From: an uncultured Actinomycetes bacterium
GTDB taxonomy: Bacteria; Actinomycetota; UBA4738; HRBIN12
Assembly (NCBI GenBank): GCA_963810915.1
Contig: CAWEPH010000005.1
Location: forward strand, 280,506 to 344,505
Reading direction: 5' to 3'
DNA length: 64,000 nt
The notes beneath the pieces were generated by a model. The model was not told the DNA's origin, did not search any database, and saw nothing but the letters and a program-made list of their open reading frames with translations. Of the stretch, positions 48,378-57,872 are shown piece after piece. The stretch's first letter is position 1, and the number at the start of each line of letters is the position of its first letter. Position numbers and translations under genes: made by a program.

Positions 48378-49744
48378 CGAGCCCGCGGCTCTGTCTCCGT
48401 TGTGACTGGGAGGGCGAGACCGACGCGGCGCGCTGTCCCGACTGCGGCGCTCCGCTGTTCCGACCCGCCGCGCCGGATCCCCGGCGGGGGCCACCCGATC
48501 GCTCATCCCAGCGTGCGTCCCCCGCGTCCGCACCCTCGGCTCCGCCGACGCGGCAGGGAGAACCGCCCCGGTCCCTCGCGGACGATCCGCACCCAGCCGT
48601 GGCTGCGCGTCCGACGACGAGGGCGCGCGCGACCGCGCTCGTGGTGGCCGGGGCCTTCGTCCTGACCGGATCGGCCTTCGCGTGGATCCAGGCGCACACT
48701 CCGCCGCCCCCCGCCCCCGCGACCGGGCTGAAGGGGACGCTCGTGTACGCGGTTCCCGTGGGGGACGATTGGGCCCGGCTCTGGCGCTGGGATCTCGAGT
48801 CCAACGTTGTGGAGGAGGGCCCGAAGATCCGCGATCCCGTCGAGCTCGTGAACGCCTACGGTCCCGGCGATGACTGGGTCGGCATCACCTCGAGGCTCCC
48901 CGACGGGCGGTTCAGCGCCGGCATCCTCCCGTACCAATCACCCAACGACGACGTCACGCCGGTGCTGGCGGCGGACATGGTGGCCTGGGGCGCCAGGGGG
49001 GAGGGCATCGCCGGCGTGAGCGTCGGCGGTGCGGACGGATGCCGCCGGCGCGTGCAGGTGCGCTACGCCTCGCTCGTGCCTCGCAGGACCGATGTCCAGG
49101 TCGATTCCAAGATCTGCGGGATGCCGCTGTCGATCGGACGGGACGATGCACGCACCTACCTCACGATCCGCCGAGGCCACGACGCGCGCGTGGTGTTCGC
49201 GGGCCTCGATCGCTTCCACTTCGTTCTGGGACACCACGTCCTGGCGAGCGTCTCGCCGGCCGCGGATCTGCTGGTGGTCCCCGGGACGGCCGTGCCTTCC
49301 ACCCTCGTCCTGCCGGAGGCGGCGGTGCCCTCCAGCGTCGCGGCGCTGGATGCGCATGATCCGCTCGGCGCGGTCACGGGCACCGCGATGTACTTCCGCG
49401 GGCTCTCCGGCGGACGGCCCATCCCATACGGCGTGGGGCCCCATCCCTTCAGGCTCGACCGCGCGCTCGCCTGGTCCCCCGACGCGAGCGACGTCTTGGT
49501 CGTGGGCCGCGTGGATCGCCAGTGGGGGCTCTACCAGCTGGGGGCGGGCCCCTCGCCGGGCCGCCGCGCCCCGCGGTACCTGGGCGCGGTGGAGGGTCAG
49601 CTCTACGCCACGCATGCGGACGACGGCACGGGGTTCGTGTTGAACGGCACGTCCCTGTCCACGCTCGTGGACGGCGCGCTCACCCCGCTCGCGCTCCCGC
49701 CGGGGGCCCCCACGCCGGACGGTCCCATCGTCTGGATCCGCTGA
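48374..49744 (+). CDS. zinc-ribbon / single-TM / large extracytoplasmic domain protein, function unknown
   Basis: ATGA overlap with folK. N-terminal CLRCDW..CPDCG, a Pro-rich linker and a TM helix (ALVVAGAFVLTGSAFAWI) are followed by about 330 aa with beta-rich repeats. It occupies the slot of Rv3605c/Rv3604c. Confidence 0.6.
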   Translation: MTSPRLCLRCDWEGETDAARCPDCGAPLFRPAAPDPRRGPPDRSSQRASPASAPSAPPTRQGEPPRSLADDPHPAVAARPTTRARATALVVAGAFVLTGSAFAWIQAHTPPPPAPATGLKGTLVYAVPVGDDWARLWRWDLESNVVEEGPKIRDPVELVNAYGPGDDWVGITSRLPDGRFSAGILPYQSPNDDVTPVLAADMVAWGARGEGIAGVSVGGADGCRRRVQVRYASLVPRRTDVQVDSKICGMPLSIGRDDARTYLTIRRGHDARVVFAGLDRFHFVLGHHVLASVSPAADLLVVPGTAVPSTLVLPEAAVPSSVAALDAHDPLGAVTGTAMYFRGLSGGRPIPYGVGPHPFRLDRALAWSPDASDVLVVGRVDRQWGLYQLGAGPSPGRRAPRYLGAVEGQLYATHADDGTGFVLNGTSLSTLVDGALTPLALPPGAPTPDGPIVWIR

Positions 49745-49762
49745 GTCGCCATACTTGCGCCC

Positions 49763-50626
49763 ATGAAGGTGGCGGTGATCGGTGCGGGACGGGTCGGGAC
49801 GGCCGTGGGTGTGCTGCTGAACCGCGCCGGCCATCGCGTGGTCGCGGTCTCGGGCCGGGGCCCGACGCGCGATCGCGCGGCGCGCTACCTGCCCGACGTC
49901 GCCGTCCGCGACCCGGCGGAGGCCGCGCGCGACGCCGAGCTCGTGATCCTCGGCGTGCCCGACGACCTCGTCGCTCCCATGGCGGCGTCGATCGCGGATG
50001 CGGGGGCGGTGGGTGCGGGCGCCTACGTCGCGCATCTCTCGGGCGCCCTCGGCCTCGAGGCGCTCGAGCGCATCCTCGACGTCGGCGCGCGCCGCCTCGC
50101 GATCCATCCGCTGCAGACCTTCCCGGACGTGGTGCACGCGGTGGACGGGATCCCGGGATGCGCGGTGGCGGTCACCGCCGACGACGAGGAGGGATACCTC
50201 GTCGCCGAGCGCATCGCCGACGATCTTCTGGGCGAGCCCTTCCGGCTCGCCGACGGGCTTCGCCCCCTCTACCACGCCGCCGCCGTGCTCGCTTCCAACG
50301 ACCTGGTGGCCATCTCCGCGTTGGCCGCCCAGGCGTTCGCGGCCGCCGGTATCGAGGATCCGGTGCGCGCGATGCAACCGCTGCAGCGCGCCACCCTCGA
50401 CAACGTCGGCGAGCTGGGCCCCGCCCGCGCGCTCACCGGGCCCGCCGCCCGCGGCGACGCCGGTACGATCGCGAGGAACCTCGAGGCCCTCGCGCGCGAG
50501 GTGCCAGCGGCCGTCGCGCCGTACGTCACGTTGGCGCGCGTCGCCCTCGGCCTCGCCGAAGACCGAGGCTCGCTCGCCGAGGCCGATCGCGCCGCGGTCG
50601 AGGACGTGCTCGCGCGGTGGAGCTGA
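49763..50626 (+). CDS. Rossmann-fold DUF2520-like oxidoreductase (Rv3603c position)
   Basis: MKVAVIGAGRVGTAVG NAD(P)-binding motif. The C-terminal GPAARGD motif is typical of the family found upstream of panC. Confidence 0.7.
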   Translation: MKVAVIGAGRVGTAVGVLLNRAGHRVVAVSGRGPTRDRAARYLPDVAVRDPAEAARDAELVILGVPDDLVAPMAASIADAGAVGAGAYVAHLSGALGLEALERILDVGARRLAIHPLQTFPDVVHAVDGIPGCAVAVTADDEEGYLVAERIADDLLGEPFRLADGLRPLYHAAAVLASNDLVAISALAAQAFAAAGIEDPVRAMQPLQRATLDNVGELGPARALTGPAARGDAGTIARNLEALAREVPAAVAPYVTLARVALGLAEDRGSLAEADRAAVEDVLARWS

Positions 50627-51480
50627 TCCGGGCGGCCGCCGAGCTCCGCGCCGCGACGGACGCGCGGCGCGGAGCCGGGGCGCGCGTGGGCCTCGTCCCG
50701 ACCATGGGCGCGTTCCACGCGGGCCATGCCTCGTTGATCGCGCGTGCGCGTGCGCGCTGCGACGTCGTCGCGGTCTCGATCTTCGTGAACCCGCTCCAGT
50801 TCGGGTCGGGCGAGGACTACGAGCGGTACCCCAGGGATGAGGATGCCGATCTCGCGGCGTGCGAGCGGCTCGGTGTCGATCTCGTGTGGGCACCCCCTGT
50901 CGAGGAGATGTACCCGGCCGGCCTCGACCTGGCCGCGCCCGATCCCGGGCCGGTCGGCGACCTGTTCGAGGGAGCGGAGCGCCCGGGCCATTTCGCGGGG
51001 GTGCTCAAGGTCGTCCATCGGCTCTTCGACGTGACGGGACCCTGCGCGGGATACTTCGGCGAGAAGGACGCGCAGCAGCTCTTCCTGATCCGGCGCATGG
51101 TCGCGGAGCGCAGCCTGCCCGTCGAGGCGATGGGCTGCCCGACCGTTCGCGAGGCGGACGGACTCGCGTGTTCCTCGCGCAACGCCTACCTCGCACCCGA
51201 GGAGCGAGCACAGGCGGGCTGTCTCTTCCTCGGGCTCTCCGAGGCCGCGGCGCTCGCGCGCGCCGGTGAGCGGGACGCCCGGGTGCTGGTCGCCGCGATC
51301 GCGCGTGAGGTCGGCGCCACGGCGATCGCGCGCCTCGACTATGTGGCCGTGGTGGAGGAGGGGACGTTCACCTCGGCTGATGTTGTCGAGCCCTCGCGCG
51401 ATGCTCGCGCGATCGTCGCGGCGCGGTTCCCATCGGCCCGCCTGATCGACAACCTCCGGCTGCCGGGGCCGTCGGCGTGA
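50617..51480 (+). CDS. panC: pantoate--beta-alanine ligase
   Basis: GTG at 50617 overlaps the upstream stop. VPTMGAFHAGHASL, IFVNPLQF, GEKDAQQL and SSRN motifs. Confidence 0.9.
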   Translation: MELIRAAAELRAATDARRGAGARVGLVPTMGAFHAGHASLIARARARCDVVAVSIFVNPLQFGSGEDYERYPRDEDADLAACERLGVDLVWAPPVEEMYPAGLDLAAPDPGPVGDLFEGAERPGHFAGVLKVVHRLFDVTGPCAGYFGEKDAQQLFLIRRMVAERSLPVEAMGCPTVREADGLACSSRNAYLAPEERAQAGCLFLGLSEAAALARAGERDARVLVAAIAREVGATAIARLDYVAVVEEGTFTSADVVEPSRDARAIVAARFPSARLIDNLRLPGPSA

Positions 51481-51502
51481 TCGAGGGTGCCGCGACCCTC
51501 GA
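51481..51502 (+). terminator. 8-bp hairpin immediately after the panC stop
   Basis: TCGAGGGT-gccgcg-ACCCTCGA. No U-tract. Confidence 0.35.
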
Positions 51503-51615
51503 CCTGGTGACAGCGATGACCGCCGCCATGGCGCGGTTGTCGAGCGGGGAGCCGGTAGGCGACGATGGGCCGTCGTTCCACCTGGACACCGAGGGACCCG
51601 AGTGAGGGGATAGGC

Positions 51616-52395
51616 GTGCTGCTCGCCGCCGACGTGGGCAATACCGAGATCGTGCTCGGGGTCTTCCAAGGCCCCGAACTCGCACAGACCTGGCGCCTGT
51701 CCACCCAGCCGGAGCGCACGCCCGACGAGCTCGCTCTCGCCCTCGGCGGGCTCCTCGCGCAGCGGGGGATCTCGTTCGCGTCAGAGATCACGGGCCTGGT
51801 CGTCGCGTCCGTCGTGCCGGACGTCACGGCCGCCTTCCGCGAGATGGCGGCCGGGTCCTTCCCGTTCGAACCCATCCTCGTGGGGCCGGGAACCAAGACG
51901 GGTGTGCCCATCCTCACGGACAACCCCCGGGAGGTGGGGGCCGACCGCGTGGTGAACACGCTGGCGGCCTTCACCCGGTTCGGTGGTCCGGCGATCGTCG
52001 TGGACTTCGGGACGGCCACGAACTTCGACATCGTTTCCGAGCACGGCGAGTTCGTGGGGGGTGTGATCGCGCCGGGGATGCAAGCCAGCGCGGCGAGCCT
52101 CTTCTCCCGGACCGCGCGCCTGACGCGCGTGGAGCTCACGGCGCCGCCGACCGTGATCGGCAAGAGCACCGTCGAGGCGATCCAGTCGGGCCTGATCTTC
52201 GGCACCGCAGGCGAGGTCGACGGGATCGTGCACCGGATCCGTCACGAGCTCGGCAACGCCACCGTGATCGCCACCGGCGGGCTCGCGCCCGTGGTGATCC
52301 CCCACTGCACCACGATCGACCACCACGAGCCCTGGCTCACCCTGGAGGGGCTGCGCCTCGTCTTCGAGAAGAACCCGGTGACCGAGGATGCCTGA
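51616..52395 (+). CDS. coaX: type III pantothenate kinase
   Basis: GTG at 51616 (VLLAADVGNT). GADR and VVDFGTATNFD motifs. Confidence 0.9.
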   Translation: MLLAADVGNTEIVLGVFQGPELAQTWRLSTQPERTPDELALALGGLLAQRGISFASEITGLVVASVVPDVTAAFREMAAGSFPFEPILVGPGTKTGVPILTDNPREVGADRVVNTLAAFTRFGGPAIVVDFGTATNFDIVSEHGEFVGGVIAPGMQASAASLFSRTARLTRVELTAPPTVIGKSTVEAIQSGLIFGTAGEVDGIVHRIRHELGNATVIATGGLAPVVIPHCTTIDHHEPWLTLEGLRLVFEKNPVTEDA

Positions 52396-53941
52396 GGGCC
52401 CACAGGAGCCGCCGCGGGAGGACGAGGACCAGCGCGTCTCGCGCGAGGACGAGGTGCTCGCTGCGCGCCGTGAGAGCCTGACGCGCCTCGAGCAGGCCGG
52501 GGTCCCGGCCTTCGCGCTCACCCTCGAGCGGGCGCTCGGTGTCCAGGACCCGACGCCGGTGGCCGAGATCCAGGGGACGTTCGGCGAGCTCGAGGCCGGC
52601 GCCGTCACCGACGAGGTCCGCACCGTCGCGGGCCGGGTCGTTCAGCGCCGGGACATGGGCAAGCTGCAGTTCCTCGTCGTGCGCGACCGCAGCGGCGACA
52701 TCCAACTCTTCTGCAACGCCAAGGAGATGGACGCCGACGCCTACGCGCTGCTCGGCGAGGTCGATCTGGGGGACATCGTCGGGGCGAGCGGGCGCATCGG
52801 GACGACCAAGAAGGGGGAGCTCTCGGTCTTCGTGCAGCGGCTGGCGATGCTCACGAAGAGCCTGCGGCCCCTGCCCGAGAAGTGGCACGGACTCCAGGAC
52901 CCCGACCTGCAGCAGCGTCGGCGCTACCTCCACCTGATCGCCGACGAGGCGCCCCGTCGCTACTTCCTCGCGCGCGCGGCCATGTTGAAGACGATCCGCC
53001 GCGTGCTCGACGAGCAGGGATACCTCGAGTTCGAGGGACCGATGCTGCAGCTCGTGGCGGGCGGCGCGAACGCCCGCCCGTTCACGACCTTCCATCACGT
53101 CCTCGACCAGGAGATGAAGCTTCGGATCTCCTTGGAGCTGTACCTGAAACGGATGCTGGTGGGCGGCGTCGAGCGCGTCTACGAGCTGGGCCGCAACTTC
53201 CGCAACGAGGGGATCGACGCGGACCACAACCCGGAGTTCACGATGCTCGAGGCCTATCGCGCGTACGGCGACTACGGCACGATGATGCAGCTGTCCGAGG
53301 ACCTGATCGTGGCCTCCGCCCGCGCGGTTGCGCCCATCTTCGACCGGGACCCCGACGTGCCGGCCATCACGTACCGGGGGCGGGAGCTCGATCTCACGCC
53401 GCCGTTCCGCCGCATCACGATCCTCGGTTCCGTCTCCGAGGCCACGGGTGAGGAGATCACCCTGGACCGAGCGGACCTGCGGACGATCGCCGCGCGTCAG
53501 CAGGTGCCCGTCGACGACGCCTGGGGTCCCGGCAAGATCGTGCAAGAGCTCTTCGAGAAGCTCGTCGAAGGCACGATCGAACAACCCACGTTCGTCTGCG
53601 ACTTCCCTCGCGAGGTCTCACCGCTCGCACGACCCCATCGCGACGATCCCGGGCTCACCGAGCATTTCGATCTCGTGGCCGGCGGGCTCGAGCTCGTCAC
53701 CGCGTTCTCCGAGCTGACCGACCCGATCGAGCAGCGCGCGAAGTTCGAGCTGCAGCAGGCCATGAAGGAGACGCTCGGTGAGGAGGCCCACCCGCTCGAC
53801 GAGGAGTTCCTGCGCGCGCTGGAGCACGGGATGCCGCCGGCGGGAGGGATGGGCATGGGCATCGACCGCCTCCTGATGCTGCTGACGGACGCACCCAGCC
53901 TCCGCCACCTGATCATGTATCCGAGCCAGCGCCCCGAGTGA
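52388..53941 (+). CDS. lysS: lysine--tRNA ligase, class II
   Basis: Intact 517 aa. OB anticodon-binding domain, motif 2 YELGRNFRNEG and motif 3 GMGMGIDRL. Confidence 0.95.
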   Translation: MPEGPQEPPREDEDQRVSREDEVLAARRESLTRLEQAGVPAFALTLERALGVQDPTPVAEIQGTFGELEAGAVTDEVRTVAGRVVQRRDMGKLQFLVVRDRSGDIQLFCNAKEMDADAYALLGEVDLGDIVGASGRIGTTKKGELSVFVQRLAMLTKSLRPLPEKWHGLQDPDLQQRRRYLHLIADEAPRRYFLARAAMLKTIRRVLDEQGYLEFEGPMLQLVAGGANARPFTTFHHVLDQEMKLRISLELYLKRMLVGGVERVYELGRNFRNEGIDADHNPEFTMLEAYRAYGDYGTMMQLSEDLIVASARAVAPIFDRDPDVPAITYRGRELDLTPPFRRITILGSVSEATGEEITLDRADLRTIAARQQVPVDDAWGPGKIVQELFEKLVEGTIEQPTFVCDFPREVSPLARPHRDDPGLTEHFDLVAGGLELVTAFSELTDPIEQRAKFELQQAMKETLGEEAHPLDEEFLRALEHGMPPAGGMGMGIDRLLMLLTDAPSLRHLIMYPSQRPE

Positions 53942-54034
53942 GGGCGTGGGGTCCGTTCCCGCGGCGCGTAACGGCGGGCTATGCTTCGCCCTCAGGACGA
54001 CCAGGACGGAGCTGCCGCGAGCAGGAGGGGACGC

Positions 54035-54448
54035 ATGGCTGAGGGGATCGAGGCGCTCCGGCGCGTGCCGCTGTTCAGCGGGATGTCCGATCGTGAGCTC
54101 CGCAAGGTGCTCGAGATCACCAAGGAGGTCACTCATCCCGAGGGACAGACGATCGTCGAAGAGGACCGATCGGCCGTGGGTTTCCACCTCATCACCGGCG
54201 GTACCGCGGAGGCGTTCGTCGGGCATCAGTCGGTGGGCACGATCGGTCCCGGCGACTACTTCGGCGAGATGTCGCTCCTGGACGGGAAGCCTCGCTCGGC
54301 GACGGTGAAGGCCACGTCGGAGCTGCACACGCTCGTGGTGCCCTCGTGGAGCTTCAACCAGATGCTCGACAAGCACCCGGAGATCATGCGGGCGTTGCTG
54401 GTGGAGCTGTGCGCGCGGCTGCGTCGCGTGGAAGCCCTCCGCGGTTAG
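54035..54448 (+). CDS. stand-alone cyclic-nucleotide-binding domain protein
   Basis: ATG at 54035 after AGGAGG. LFSGMSDRELRKV and the phosphate-binding cassette GDYFGEMSLLDGKPRSATV. No output domain. Confidence 0.8.
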   Translation: MAEGIEALRRVPLFSGMSDRELRKVLEITKEVTHPEGQTIVEEDRSAVGFHLITGGTAEAFVGHQSVGTIGPGDYFGEMSLLDGKPRSATVKATSELHTLVVPSWSFNQMLDKHPEIMRALLVELCARLRRVEALRG

Positions 54449-54457
54449 CCGCGCGCG

Positions 54458-54865
54458 TTACCCCTCGGACTCGGTGGCTTCGTGCAGCACCACGACGAGG
54501 TCCTGCAGGCCGACGCCTTTCGCGAGGAACCCCGACGCGCCCGCCTCCAACGCGGCCCGCTCGACGCCTTCGTCCGCGTGGGCCGTGAGGATCACCACCG
54601 GCAGGTCGGGCTGGGTCTCGTGGATCTTCTTCATGGCGTCGATGCCCGAGAGGTCCGGCATGGACAGGTCCATCAGGACGATGTCGGGTTTGAGCTCTTC
54701 CGCTCCCGCGCACGCGGCCACGCCGCCCCCGGCCTCCCCCGCCACCTCGATGTCGCCGACCAGACGCAGGGCGGAGGTGAGCGCCTTCCGGAAGGCAGGA
54801 TGGTCGTCGACGACCAGGACGCGCAGATCCCTGTCTCCTTCTGGGGGCGTCGGCATGCTCCGCAC
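54458..54865 (-). CDS. stand-alone receiver-domain protein (NarL-type REC, no output domain)
   Basis: LRVLVVDDHPAFR, DIVLMDLSMPDLSG and VVILTAHAD motifs. Confidence 0.8.
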   Translation of the reverse strand: MRSMPTPPEGDRDLRVLVVDDHPAFRKALTSALRLVGDIEVAGEAGGGVAACAGAEELKPDIVLMDLSMPDLSGIDAMKKIHETQPDLPVVILTAHADEGVERAALEAGASGFLAKGVGLQDLVVVLHEATESEG

Positions 54866-55294
54866 GAGAGGCTCGTCCTTCCCTTGTTCGGTCTGAGGGC
54901 CCCGGCGATCCGGGGCGGGGAACGACCGTGATTCTCCGGCGCGACGTAGGACGCGCGCAATCTGCCATCCGGGGGACTTTGATTAGTCCTTCCGGGTAGG
55001 CCATATGGACCTTCGACCTCCCCCATCCGCCGGACGGGCGCGACGGGGCGGAAAAGGTCGTCTTCGGGCTCATCCCGTGTCGTCCAACGTCCGAAGAACC
55101 CATCAAGAGCGCGGACGGGGGAGGCCGGAACATGCAGGGACGGTTCGGGGGTTATCGGGACCCACGGGTATACTCCGTACCAGTGGGCGCTGCGGCCGGA
55201 CACCGGATGCGGCGCCCGAGGCGCCTCGGGGGTAGGACGTGGTCCGCTGATCCTCGAGGACGGACTTGCGGGTCGCGGCCCGGAGGACGTTGAC

Positions 55295-57790
55295 ATGTTC
55301 GAACGCTTCACCGATCGAGCCAGACGGGTTGTGGTTCTCGCGCAAGAAGAGGCGAGGATGCTCAACCACAACTACATCGGCACCGAGCACATCCTGCTCG
55401 GGCTGATCCACGAGGGCGAGGGCGTCGCCGCCAAGGCGCTCGAATCGATGAACATCTCGCTCGAGGCCGTGCGTCAGCAGGTCGAAGAGATCATCGGCCA
55501 GGGGCAGGCGGCCCCCACCGGGCACATCCCGTTCACGCCTCGTGCCAAGAAGGTCCTGGAGCTCTCGCTGCGCGAGGCGCTGCAGCTCGGTCACAACTAC
55601 ATCGGCACCGAGCACATCCTCCTCGGGCTGATCCGCGAAGGCGAGGGCGTCGCTGCGCAGGTCCTGCAGAAGCTCGGGGCCGACCTGAATCGCGTCCGCC
55701 AGACCGTGATCCAACTGCTCTCCGGCTACACCGGCGGCAAGGGCGAGACGACGCCCGGCGGCGGCCCGCAGGGCGAGGGCGGCCCGCAGGGTTCGATGGT
55801 GCTGGACCAGTTCGGGCGCAACCTGACGCAGCTCGCGCGCGATCAGAAGCTCGACCCGGTGATCGGTCGCGAGAAGGAGATCGAGCGCGTGATGCAGGTG
55901 CTCTCGCGCCGCACCAAGAACAACCCCGTGCTGATCGGCGAGCCCGGCGTCGGGAAGACCGCCGTCGTCGAGGGACTCAGCCAGGCGATCGTGAAGGGTG
56001 AGGTGCCCGAGACGCTGAAGGGCAAGCAGATCTACACGCTGGATCTCGGGGCGCTCGTGGCCGGTTCGCGGTACCGCGGCGACTTCGAGGAGCGCCTCAA
56101 GAAGGTGCTGAAGGAGATCAAGACCCGCGGCGACATCGTGCTGTTCATCGACGAGCTGCACACGCTCGTGGGCGCGGGCGCAGCCGAAGGCGCCATCGAC
56201 GCGGCCTCCATCCTGAAGCCCATGCTGGCGCGCGGCGAGCTGCAGACCATCGGCGCCACCACGCGCGACGAGTACCGCAAGCACCTCGAGAAGGACGCCG
56301 CGCTCGAGCGCCGTTTCCAGCCCATCGAGGTGCAGGAGCCCTCGGTCGCGCACACCATCGAGATCCTCAAGGGCCTGCGTGACCGCTACGAGGCTCACCA
56401 CCGCGTGAACTTCACGGACGACTCGCTCGTGGCCGCCGCGAACCTCGCCGACCGCTACATCTCCGACCGGTTCCTGCCGGACAAGGCCATCGACCTGATC
56501 GACGAGGCGGGCTCGCGGATGCGCATCCGCCGCATGACCGCGCCGCCCAACGTCCGCGAGGTCGACGAGAAGATCGCCGAGGTCCGTCTGAAGAAGGAAT
56601 CCGCCATCGACGGCCAGGACTTCGAGAAGGCCGCCGCCCTGCGCGACGAGGAGCGTCAGCTGCAGGAGGAACGCACGCGCCGCGAGCAGGAATGGAAGTC
56701 GGGCGAGATGGACATCCTGTCCGAGGTGGACGAGGAGGAGATCGCCGAGGTGCTGTCCATCTGGACAGGGATCCCGGTCTTCAAGCTCACCGAGGAGGAG
56801 ACGGAGAAGCTGCTCCGCATGGAGGACGAGCTCCACAAGCGCATCGTCACCCAGAACGAGGCCATATCCGCCGTCTCCCGGGCGATGCGCCGCACGCGCT
56901 CAGGCCTCAAGGATCCGCGCCGCCCGGCTGGCTCGTTCATCTTCCTCGGGCCTTCGGGCGTCGGGAAGACGGAGCTGTCCAAGGCGCTCGCGGAGTTCCT
57001 CTTCGGCGACGAGGACGCGCTGATCCAGCTCGACATGTCCGAGTACATGGAGAAGCACACGGTCAGTCGCCTGATCGGATCGCCTCCGGGTTACGTGGGC
57101 TACGAGGAGGGCGGCCAGCTCACAGAGGCCGTCCGCCGCAAGCCGTTCAGCGTGATCCTTTTCGACGAGATCGAGAAGGCCCACCCCGACGTGTTCAACA
57201 CGCTGCTGCAGATCCTCGAGGACGGGCGGCTCACGGACTCGCAGGGTCGCACCGTGGACTTCAAGAACACCATCATCATCATGACCTCGAACCTGGGGAC
57301 CCGCGACATCCAGAAGGGCCCCGGCGTCGGCTTCGCGGCCGCGGGGAACGAAGAGGTCACCTACGACAAGATGAAGGACCGGGTGACGGAGGAGCTCAAG
57401 AAGTCGTTCCGTCCCGAGTTCCTGAACCGCATCGACGAGGTCATCGTGTTCCGCTCACTCAGCCAGGAGGACGTGAAGAACATCGTCGACCTGATGATGA
57501 GGCGGGTCACCGAGCAGCTGAAGGCCAAGGACGTGGAGATCGAGCTCACCGACGAGGCGAAGACGCTGCTCGCCACCGAGGGGTACGACCAGTCACTCGG
57601 CGCGCGGCCGTTGCGCCGTACCATCCAGCGCCTGGTGGAGGACCCGCTCGCGGAGAAGCTCCTGTGGAAGGAGTTCCGTGCCGGTCAGACCATCATCGTG
57701 GACGTGCGCGACGGCGAGATCGTCTTCGACAACGCGTCGGTCATCCCGCCTGACGTGCCGCCCGTCGAGCTGGCCGGCTCGACCGAGTAG
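55295..57790 (+). CDS. clpC: ATP-dependent Clp protease ATP-binding subunit ClpC
   Basis: Intact 831 aa. Duplicated Clp_N repeat, two Walker A sites ([16 protein letters not shown]) and a UVR-like linker. Confidence 0.95.
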   Translation: MFERFTDRARRVVVLAQEEARMLNHNYIGTEHILLGLIHEGEGVAAKALESMNISLEAVRQQVEEIIGQGQAAPTGHIPFTPRAKKVLELSLREALQLGHNYIGTEHILLGLIREGEGVAAQVLQKLGADLNRVRQTVIQLLSGYTGGKGETTPGGGPQGEGGPQGSMVLDQFGRNLTQLARDQKLDPVIGREKEIERVMQVLSRRTKNNPVLIGEPGVGKTAVVEGLSQAIVKGEVPETLKGKQIYTLDLGALVAGSRYRGDFEERLKKVLKEIKTRGDIVLFIDELHTLVGAGAAEGAIDAASILKPMLARGELQTIGATTRDEYRKHLEKDAALERRFQPIEVQEPSVAHTIEILKGLRDRYEAHHRVNFTDDSLVAAANLADRYISDRFLPDKAIDLIDEAGSRMRIRRMTAPPNVREVDEKIAEVRLKKESAIDGQDFEKAAALRDEERQLQEERTRREQEWKSGEMDILSEVDEEEIAEVLSIWTGIPVFKLTEEETEKLLRMEDELHKRIVTQNEAISAVSRAMRRTRSGLKDPRRPAGSFIFLGPSGVGKTELSKALAEFLFGDEDALIQLDMSEYMEKHTVSRLIGSPPGYVGYEEGGQLTEAVRRKPFSVILFDEIEKAHPDVFNTLLQILEDGRLTDSQGRTVDFKNTIIIMTSNLGTRDIQKGPGVGFAAAGNEEVTYDKMKDRVTEELKKSFRPEFLNRIDEVIVFRSLSQEDVKNIVDLMMRRVTEQLKAKDVEIELTDEAKTLLATEGYDQSLGARPLRRTIQRLVEDPLAEKLLWKEFRAGQTIIVDVRDGEIVFDNASVIPPDVPPVELAGSTE

Positions 57791-57816
57791 ACGGGGCCGC
57801 CATCCCAACATCCGAT

Positions 57817-57851
57817 GCAAGAGGGCCGGGGCTTCGCCCCGGCCCTCTTGC
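57817..57851. terminator. perfect 15-bp GC-rich hairpin between convergent clpC and the anti-sigma gene
   Basis: GCAAGAGGGCCGGGG-cttcg-CCCCGGCCCTCTTGC, 27 nt after the clpC stop. Flanking ATGC/GCAT could extend the stem. No U-tract. Confidence 0.6.
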
Positions 57852-57872
57852 GTGCATCGGTCACAGCCGCTC

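Noticed and set aside
54971-54993. GGGACT...AGTCC read as a DosR/DevR box.
   Set aside because: The half-sites are separated by 6 nt rather than the 2 nt of the DosR consensus. It is kept only as a generic palindrome in the clpC leader finding.
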